Shown here one piece after another: positions 58,501 to 64,000 of a stretch of DNA of 64,000 nucleotides. A program made the position numbers and the translations under genes. Numbering within the stretch: the first letter of the stretch is position 1; every line of letters starts with the position of its first letter. Below the pieces are notes generated by a model. It worked only from the letters and a program-made list of their open reading frames with translations. It did not search any database and had not been told where the DNA came from. The stretch is from IMG/VR virus record IMGVR_UViG_3300025389_001063. The stretch is one strand, 5' to 3'. Source of the DNA: a virus (taxonomy: Duplodnaviria; Caudoviricetes).

Positions 58501-58559
58501 TGAAGCAGAATACTAAAGATACTGCTGACTCTGTTAAAGGTCGTAGAAGCGCAGTTTAA
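55545..58559 (+). CDS. Tape measure protein
   Basis: 1004 aa; N-terminal NAATEETL..L; largely helical Ala/Leu/Lys/Ser; central hydrophobic Gly/Ala stretch; adjacent to the tail chaperone. Confidence 0.72.
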   Translation: MANKDKVVVKGSDFDGAIFENAATEETLKSLVKALNSKEKGAGDKAQKLFNKALEKNIRYIEDSSEKHKQYIKDLESLSEKTKSFGNTLYDISGMAISGTFSLISSTGKSLVDFFNKGFNAFEKTNSVGASFNYNILELMKTAAEARMPIEEFTQFISENSKALAAFGGTVTEGAKAFSGIRDQFTDPTLNKELYNLGYNSENLNKILARQLQTEMISGRSRELDKTKFTKELKEYTKDLNVLSKVTGVSTDQLQEGVLQQLSDGRMMALQTKLTGKALINFRDGLALMNAELDPKVFDSLKNMMSGVIDPGDKFAKMLTVAAPGILEFQEALGEGRLDIEQQLRGYERQVGQIENFLGRFSKQQIARIPELKAMQEYLASIKKFTGSNGKAELEGRQAMDGIIGLFSSFGEIINRVKNLFLKAFVSSGTMKKIQDAFNKLAEIIQNKAPAIISKLEPVMNKAADWVDQLVDSISNFIDSFLRGDLKPENLWNWVRQTFSGAINVITEGISAVISGLLGQTPEQQLQKEAYKKATPEEQEKMRKENPALALPDVGGMFDKMTSGLKSLISMVPSLADLGKFFGVTAVGSVVAGAGLAAGMGFLANGLQKLVAPAWELTVPVGVLGGAFWAVSEAIKSVGDSFGKVIDFFKSMKEINADEIIKGTGAITLLGGAIASLGAGGIVNFLGSGGIDKLVDSLKKINDINIEKLTQAGPALKAFHEGVASFTGGGVLEALGDGIKEFAGGKGIESIVFSLSNLGKIDLSKLDSIGNVTTLLTSLKPFLDTNVSQKLPNSMNTVKDSLISFVKDTSESISKLTPSSVQVFVGFVDGLSKFSSVDVTKISNLSNSLTESFVNLNQINFDNANKNISSFAATISKLSNSDMVAVSNSIAEISKVNTTINDNLTNQSKGVDDYIKSIDKLSDSLTKLEKQLKDMPSIAKASVDNTASPSTRVIASSNPTSEMTTDDLQKQLNNKIDELIIHIVEMKQNTKDTADSVKGRRSAV

Positions 58560-58572
58560 TTGAAAGATCTAA

Positions 58573-60279
58573 ATGTCCTGGAAGAAATATTTTACTCCCG
58601 TTAATTCAAGTGGTAATTTAAGTCCATTTTCTAATTCGGGTGGAAGTTCTGCAAGTAAAACTAATTATTCATCATATCTTCCAGATGTTTATACTGGTAG
58701 TCCTAATAGAATTGAACGTTATCTTCAGTATGATACTATGGATATGGACTCAGAAGTTAATGCTGCTCTTGATATTATTAGTGAATTTTCAACTCAAGAA
58801 AATGCAGAGAATGGAACTCCTTTCTTTATTAATTTTAGAGACAAAGCATCTAGTGTTGAGATTAAGTTAATACGTGATTATTTGCAAAAATGGAGCCGAT
58901 TACAGAAGTTTGAAACACGTATGTTTCGAATATTTCGTAATGTGATGAAGTATGGAGACAGTTTTTTTATTAGAGATCCAGAAACATTAAAATGGTTTTA
59001 CATTGATCCAGGTAAATTAGTTAAAATTATTGTTAATGAAAGCGATGGTAAAAAACCAGAGCAATACATAATTCGTGATATTAATCCTAATTTTATTAAT
59101 CTAACAGTTACACAAATTAATCCAAGCAACCAAAATACGCAACCTGGTGGTACTGCTTATGTTACAGGTGGAGCCGGAGCACGTGGTATGACTGGTGCTT
59201 ATCCGCAGCAATCAGGAACAAGATTCAGTGTAGCACAGAATGAATTTGCTATTGAAGCAAAACATATGGTTCATCTTAGTCTAAGCGAAGGTTTAGATAA
59301 CAATTATCCATTTGGAAATTCATTGCTTGAATCAGTTTTTAAGGTTTATAAGCAAAAAGAGCTTTTAGAAGATGCAATTATCATTTATCGTGTTCAAAGA
59401 GCACCAGAACGTCGTGTATTTTACATCGATGTTGGTAATATGCCATCACATATGGCTATGCAATTTGTTGAAAGAGTTAAAAATGAGATACATCAGCGTA
59501 GAATTCCTAGTTCTACAGGTGGTGGAACAAGTGTAGTTGATTCAAGTTACAATCCTTTAAGTATAAATGAGGATTATTTCTTTCCTCAAACAGCGGAAGG
59601 ACGTGGATCTAAAGTAGAAACATTACCAGGTGGTACTAATTTAGGTGAAATTGACGACTTACGTTACTTTACTAATAAGTTATTCCGTGCATTACGTATT
59701 CCAAGTAGTTATTTGCCAACAGGTCCAGACGATTCTTCTGCTGTTTTTAGTGATGGTCGTGTTGGTACTGCTTATATTCAAGAACTAAGATTTAACAAAT
59801 ATTGTGAAAGACTTCAAAGTTTAATTGAAGGTGAGTTTGATCTTGAATTTAAATTGTTTATGAAGAATCAAGGTATTGTAATTGATGATTCGTTATTTGA
59901 TTTAAGATTTAATCCTCCACAAAATTTTGCTGCTTATAGACTTAGTGAACTTGATACTTCTCGTGTTCAAACGTTTACAACAATGCAAGAAGTTCCTTAT
60001 ATGAGTAAAAGATTTGCAATGAAGCGTTATCTTGGTTTAAGCCAAGAAGAAATAATAGAAAATGAACGACTCTGGAGAGAAGAAAATAAAGATATTTTAG
60101 ATACAGGATCAGGATCACAAGCAGAACTCCGTGGAATGGGCATTACTAGTGGAGGATTAGAAGCAGGATTAGAAACTCCACCAGAAGGTGAAGAAGGAAT
60201 AGAAGGTGAACCAGGAGCACAAGCAATGCCAACAACTACTGCTCCAGCAGCACCATTACCTTCAACACCTGGAACATAA
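58573..60279 (+). CDS. gp20: Portal protein gp20
   Basis: Y..M..DSEV..ALD; LEDA..IYR..RAPERRVFYIDVGNMP...A..F...; EDYFFP...GRGS.VETLPGG.NLGE.DD..YF..KL.RAL..P.S. Confidence 0.95.
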   Translation: MSWKKYFTPVNSSGNLSPFSNSGGSSASKTNYSSYLPDVYTGSPNRIERYLQYDTMDMDSEVNAALDIISEFSTQENAENGTPFFINFRDKASSVEIKLIRDYLQKWSRLQKFETRMFRIFRNVMKYGDSFFIRDPETLKWFYIDPGKLVKIIVNESDGKKPEQYIIRDINPNFINLTVTQINPSNQNTQPGGTAYVTGGAGARGMTGAYPQQSGTRFSVAQNEFAIEAKHMVHLSLSEGLDNNYPFGNSLLESVFKVYKQKELLEDAIIIYRVQRAPERRVFYIDVGNMPSHMAMQFVERVKNEIHQRRIPSSTGGGTSVVDSSYNPLSINEDYFFPQTAEGRGSKVETLPGGTNLGEIDDLRYFTNKLFRALRIPSSYLPTGPDDSSAVFSDGRVGTAYIQELRFNKYCERLQSLIEGEFDLEFKLFMKNQGIVIDDSLFDLRFNPPQNFAAYRLSELDTSRVQTFTTMQEVPYMSKRFAMKRYLGLSQEEIIENERLWREENKDILDTGSGSQAELRGMGITSGGLEAGLETPPEGEEGIEGEPGAQAMPTTTAPAAPLPSTPGT

Positions 60280-60292
60280 AGATAAATACAAT

Positions 60293-60535
60293 ATGATACT
60301 ACGTGAACTTTTTTACTTTAACAAGGAAAATGACGATATGACTCAGGATAATCATTATGATCCTGAGAATGATAAATCTGAACTTAAAAAGGGTGATACA
60401 CGTAAGATTCGATTAACATTAAAACAGATAAATCAACTTAGACGTGCAAGTGATCAACATTATTTAGATCAAAAAAATGACGTTGAGGCTATTAGTAAGA
60501 TGTATTCACAGCCTCCTGCAGAGCCAACTGCTTAA
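60293..60535 (+). CDS. Hypothetical late protein (probable start 60293)
   Basis: ATAAATA at 60282-60288; MILRELF...DTRK.RLTL.QIN.LR. Confidence 0.65.
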   Translation: MILRELFYFNKENDDMTQDNHYDPENDKSELKKGDTRKIRLTLKQINQLRRASDQHYLDQKNDVEAISKMYSQPPAEPTA

Positions 60536-61110
60536 TGTTTAGAGCCTTTGTATTAGGAAATGGTCGAAGTCGTTTAGTAGTTGATCCTAAAGATTTAAAG
60601 AAGCACGGAAAAATTTATGGATGTAATGCTTTGTATAGAGACTTTGATCCAGATTATTTAATTGCTGTAGATCCTAAAATGATTACAGAAATTTGTCAAA
60701 AAGAGTATCAATTAAAGCACGAAGTATGGACGAATCCTAATAATTCATATAAGAATTTTAAAAATTTAAATTTTTTTAAAAGTCCTAGGGGATGGTCAAG
60801 TGGACCAACGGCCTTACATAAGGCTTGTATTGATCAATATAAAGAAATATATATATTAGGATTTGATTATGTAGGAATAACCGATAAATTTAATAATGTT
60901 TATTCTGATACTCCTAATTATAAAAGATCAATAGATTGTGCAACATATTACGGCAATTGGTTATCACAAACAGAAACATTATTTGGTGAGTTTAAACATA
61001 TTTTCTTTTATAGAGTTATTGAAAATATTAAAGATAACATATCTAATTGGCGTGAGATAAATAACTTGAAACAAATATCCTACGAAGAAATGTGGAGCAA
61101 ATTACGATAA
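60535..61110 (+). CDS. MptE/Maf (DUF115)/sialyltransferase-like Rossmann-fold protein
   Basis: AFVLGNG.SR...IYGCNALYR.F.PDYL.AVD...SSG.TAL..A......IYILGFDY. Confidence 0.65.
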   Translation: MFRAFVLGNGRSRLVVDPKDLKKHGKIYGCNALYRDFDPDYLIAVDPKMITEICQKEYQLKHEVWTNPNNSYKNFKNLNFFKSPRGWSSGPTALHKACIDQYKEIYILGFDYVGITDKFNNVYSDTPNYKRSIDCATYYGNWLSQTETLFGEFKHIFFYRVIENIKDNISNWREINNLKQISYEEMWSKLR

Positions 61111-61213
61111 ATCTCCCCAACGACTCCAAATCTGCGATTTTTCACCTATTTTCCGCCATTTGATTAAATAAATCCGTAAATAATACGACAGCCTTAGCTA
61201 TAGGAGATTTATC
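61106..61213 (+). promoter_or_regulatory. 11-bp long-range inverted repeat occluding the head-operon RBS, with tandem TAAATA promoters inside
   Basis: GATAAATCTCC (61106-61116) / GGAGATTTATC (61203-61213); TAAATA at 61165-61170 and 61177-61182; ATG 61214. Confidence 0.65.
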
Positions 61214-62137
61214 ATGGCCAAACAAAATTTTGAACAATTGCTTGAGTACATTGTTAACGGCGAGCAGGAAAAAGCAGAAGAACTATTTCACGCACTAGTT
61301 GTTAATAAGTCACGTGAAATTTACGAAGGTCTCTTTGAAGAAGAGATGAAAGACGTTGAAGTTGATGAAGCTTCATGCAAAGACAAAGACATGGAAGAAG
61401 AGGAAGAAATGGAAGAGGATGCTGTTGAAGAAGCATTCATTGCTTTCTCTGAAGAGCCAGCAGTTGGTGGTGATCCAACAGACGATATGATGCATGATGT
61501 AAGTGATGATAGCGATGATGACATGGATGACATGGACGGTAACGATCATGATGATATGGGTGCCGACGGTGACATTGAAGATCGTGTAATGGATCTCGAA
61601 GATGCACTTGAAGATCTTAAGGCAGAGTTTGATGCTCTAATGGCAGACGAAAAGAATGAGCCAGAGCATCACGACGGTGTTGATGATCCAGACTTTGGTG
61701 ATAGCGAAGAAGGTGAAGAGGAAGAGGAAGATGAAAACGAGTCTTTCAACTTCGAAGATATCGAAGACATTGACCTTTCACCTGTTGAGCAAATGAGAGA
61801 ATACGTTGAAAAGATTGGTGATGCTTATAAAGGTGGCAAGGTTGCTAGTACTTCAGAACCATCGGGAGCAAATACAAAGAGCACAGTTGCTTCAAAGAAT
61901 GACATGGGCGGAACAACTGCTAACATCGCACGTGGTGGCGAAGGAAGCACAAAAGGAACTGCTGGTGGTCTTCTAAATCCAACAACCAAAGAAGAAAACT
62001 TTGGTAACGTAAACGTTCCTGGTGCTAAGAATGCTACAAAGTTAAGTTCAGTTTCTAAAGGACATGGTGCTGAAAAGAAAGGCGCTGGAGAAACTGCTGC
62101 AAATACAAAAAGCATTTTAAAGCCACAGAAGGGTTAA
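61214..62137 (+). CDS. Acidic prohead core protein (gp67/gp68-like)
   Basis: Very Asp/Glu-rich; immediately upstream of the prohead protease. Confidence 0.6.
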   Translation: MAKQNFEQLLEYIVNGEQEKAEELFHALVVNKSREIYEGLFEEEMKDVEVDEASCKDKDMEEEEEMEEDAVEEAFIAFSEEPAVGGDPTDDMMHDVSDDSDDDMDDMDGNDHDDMGADGDIEDRVMDLEDALEDLKAEFDALMADEKNEPEHHDGVDDPDFGDSEEGEEEEEDENESFNFEDIEDIDLSPVEQMREYVEKIGDAYKGGKVASTSEPSGANTKSTVASKNDMGGTTANIARGGEGSTKGTAGGLLNPTTKEENFGNVNVPGAKNATKLSSVSKGHGAEKKGAGETAANTKSILKPQKG

Positions 62138-62142
62138 TATAG

Positions 62143-62769
62143 ATGCTATATCTTCAAGAACATCTATCATTCGACCAAGCTAAAATGGTCGTTGAGAGCG
62201 ATGATAAAGACGGGAAAAACCTTTATATGAAAGGCATTTGCATCCAAGGTGGTGTAAAAAATGCTAATCAAAGAGTTTATCCTGTTCCTGAAATCGCTAA
62301 GGCTGTCAAAACACTTAACGATCAAATAAGTGGCGGATACAGTGTACTTGGAGAAGTAGACCATCCACAAGACTTAAGAATCAACTTAGATCGTGTTTCA
62401 CACATGATTACCGAGATGTGGATGGATGGTCCTAACGGATATGGTAAGTTAAAGATTTTACCAACTCCAATGGGTCAGTTGATTAGAACAATGTTAGAAT
62501 CAGGCGTAAAGCTAGGCGTTAGTAGCAGAGGAAGCGGCAATGTTCAAGAGGACGGTTCGGGTCAAGTTAGTGACTTTGAAATTGTAACTGTTGATATTGT
62601 TGCTCAACCTTCTGCTCCTGGGGCTTATCCTACGGTTGTTTATGAACACCTTATGAATAGTAAAGGTGGATACAAGGCTTTAAATATGGCAAGAGAATTA
62701 CAAGGCGATCCAAAGGCACAAAGATTTTTACAAGACCAACTCGTAAATATCATACGAGGCCTCCAATAA
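62143..62769 (+). CDS. gp21: Prohead protease gp21
   Basis: LYMKGI.IQG...N.N.RVYP; GEVDHP; RVSH.I; G.L.IL.TPMG; LGVSSRG.G; D.VA.PSAP.A. Confidence 0.95.
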   Translation: MLYLQEHLSFDQAKMVVESDDKDGKNLYMKGICIQGGVKNANQRVYPVPEIAKAVKTLNDQISGGYSVLGEVDHPQDLRINLDRVSHMITEMWMDGPNGYGKLKILPTPMGQLIRTMLESGVKLGVSSRGSGNVQEDGSGQVSDFEIVTVDIVAQPSAPGAYPTVVYEHLMNSKGGYKALNMARELQGDPKAQRFLQDQLVNIIRGLQ

Positions 62770-62785
62770 GTTAGGAGATACACAT

Positions 62786-63868
62786 ATGTTGGATGTATTA
62801 AAGCAATTATTTGAGAACAATGTGGTTTCCGAGGAGATCAAGGCAAATATCGAAGATGCTTGGAACAAAAGAATCCAAGAAAACCGTGACCAGGTTACTG
62901 CACAACTTCGTGAAGAGTTTGCTGGTAAGTTTGAGCATGAGAAGGCAGCACTTGTTGAAGCAATGGACAAGTTAATGACTGACCGTCTTGCAAGCGAAAT
63001 TGCTGAGTTCGTAGAGGACAAGAAGCAACTTGCTGAAGCTAAAGCAAACTATGTAAAGAAGATGAAGTCTGATGCTGATGTAATGAAGGAATTTGTTACA
63101 CGTCAGTTAAAATCAGAACTTTCAGAACTTCATGAAGACCAAAAGATTATGTCAAATAACTTTGCAAAATTAGAACAATTTGTTGTAAAACAACTTTCTA
63201 AGGAAATTGCAGAGTTCGCAACTGATAGAAAAGAAGTTATTGAAACTAAGGTTAAACTAGTTAAAGAAGCTAAAAATCATCTTGAAACAGTTAAATCTAA
63301 TTTCATTAAGCGTTCTGCAAAGATCGTTGAAGAAACAGTTGCTAAGACATTAAAGTCAGAAATTCATCAGCTAAAGGAAGATATTACTTCAGCTAGATCA
63401 AATGACTTTGGTCGTAGAATCTTCGAAGCCTTTGCTTCGGAATACACCCACAGTTATCTCAGCGAAAAGGGTGAAGTTGCTAAACTTATGAATGTTCTTA
63501 AACAAAAAGAACAAGAATTAGTTGAAGCAAAAACTATCGCTGTGAAAAAGTCAAAGTTAGTCGAGAGTAAAGAACAAGAAATCACTCTTATGCGTGATTT
63601 AACTGCTCGTAAAGAAGTTATTAGTGAACTTCTTTCACCACTCGGAAAAGATAAGCGTGAAGTTATGTCAAATCTCTTAGAGAGTGTTCAGACATCTAAG
63701 CTTCGTGCTGCATTTGACAAATACTTACCGGCAGTTATGTCGGATAATTCGGCAACCAAGCAGGCACTAGTTGAGGCAAAAGAAATAACAGGAAATAAAA
63801 CAAATATCAATTCCAATGCTGCTGAAAGCAACATTGTTGATATCCGTAGACTAGCGGGATTAAAATAA
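62786..63868 (+). CDS. gp22: Prohead scaffolding protein gp22-like
   Basis: Coiled-coil protein between the protease and the capsid gene. Confidence 0.8.
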   Translation: MLDVLKQLFENNVVSEEIKANIEDAWNKRIQENRDQVTAQLREEFAGKFEHEKAALVEAMDKLMTDRLASEIAEFVEDKKQLAEAKANYVKKMKSDADVMKEFVTRQLKSELSELHEDQKIMSNNFAKLEQFVVKQLSKEIAEFATDRKEVIETKVKLVKEAKNHLETVKSNFIKRSAKIVEETVAKTLKSEIHQLKEDITSARSNDFGRRIFEAFASEYTHSYLSEKGEVAKLMNVLKQKEQELVEAKTIAVKKSKLVESKEQEITLMRDLTARKEVISELLSPLGKDKREVMSNLLESVQTSKLRAAFDKYLPAVMSDNSATKQALVEAKEITGNKTNINSNAAESNIVDIRRLAGLK

Positions 63869-63881
63869 GGAGTTTTAAGCT

Positions 63882-64000
63882 ATGTCAGAACTATTAGAAA
63901 GCCGCTGGCAGGACACTAAAGAGGCACTTCTCGAAGGCCTTCAAGGAAATCGTAAGTCAGTAATGGCAGTTACTCTTGAAAATACACGTAAGTATCTTTC
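63882..64000 (+). CDS. gp23: Major capsid protein gp23, N-terminus (truncated by window end)
   Basis: AAGGAG RBS; MSELLESRWQDTKEALLEGLQGNRKSVMAVTLENTRKYL resembles T4-like gp23 N-termini (W...L.G....V....LEN); synteny. Confidence 0.85.
   Translation, partial: MSELLESRWQDTKEALLEGLQGNRKSVMAVTLENTRKYL

Noticed and set aside
60206-60292. Upstream extension of the small ORF overlapping the portal 3' end
   Set aside because: The promoter position indicates ATG 60293.
6540-62370. Numerous short alternative-frame/antisense ORFs in the track (e.g. 7815-8246, 16670-16987, 51687-52073, 56948-57565, 61825-62115)
   Set aside because: They are nested within well-supported genes, show shadow-like composition, and lack RBSs or motifs.
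1-64000. CRISPR array, tRNA genes, inteins, stop-codon reassignment
   Set aside because: No spaced direct repeats; no gap contains a cloverleaf; no intein motifs were noticed in gp46, portal or gp55; TAA, TAG and TGA all terminate intact genes.

Overview
AT-rich, very densely coded segment of a large T4-like (myovirus, probably jumbo) phage genome in the standard genetic code. Left to right it holds: a thyX fragment; a stand-alone tail-fibre gene; an ~9.5 kb modification-enzyme cluster (GNAT-like, 2OG-Fe(II) dioxygenase-like, QueC-like PP-loop, radical SAM, permuted papain amidase, methyltransferase, four GT-A glycosyltransferase-like proteins); and a ~35 kb minus-strand baseplate/fibre operon with a 5464-aa wedge protein. 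Then come the late sigma gp55, gp47/gp46, two Hc1-like basic proteins and three GIY-YIG genes. After a ~360-nt highly structured non-coding element, the window ends with a gp26-like chaperone, tape measure, portal and the head operon (core, gp21, gp22, start of gp23). Most notable: (1) the unnamed structured RNA-like element at ~53120-53475; (2) a lambda G/GT-type -1 frameshift site fusing the gp26-like gene to the next ORF; (3) three RBS-occluding inverted repeats with a TAAATA late promoter inside; (4) a possible virion-glycosylation/modification system. All family assignments come from motif recognition by eye; no searches were run.
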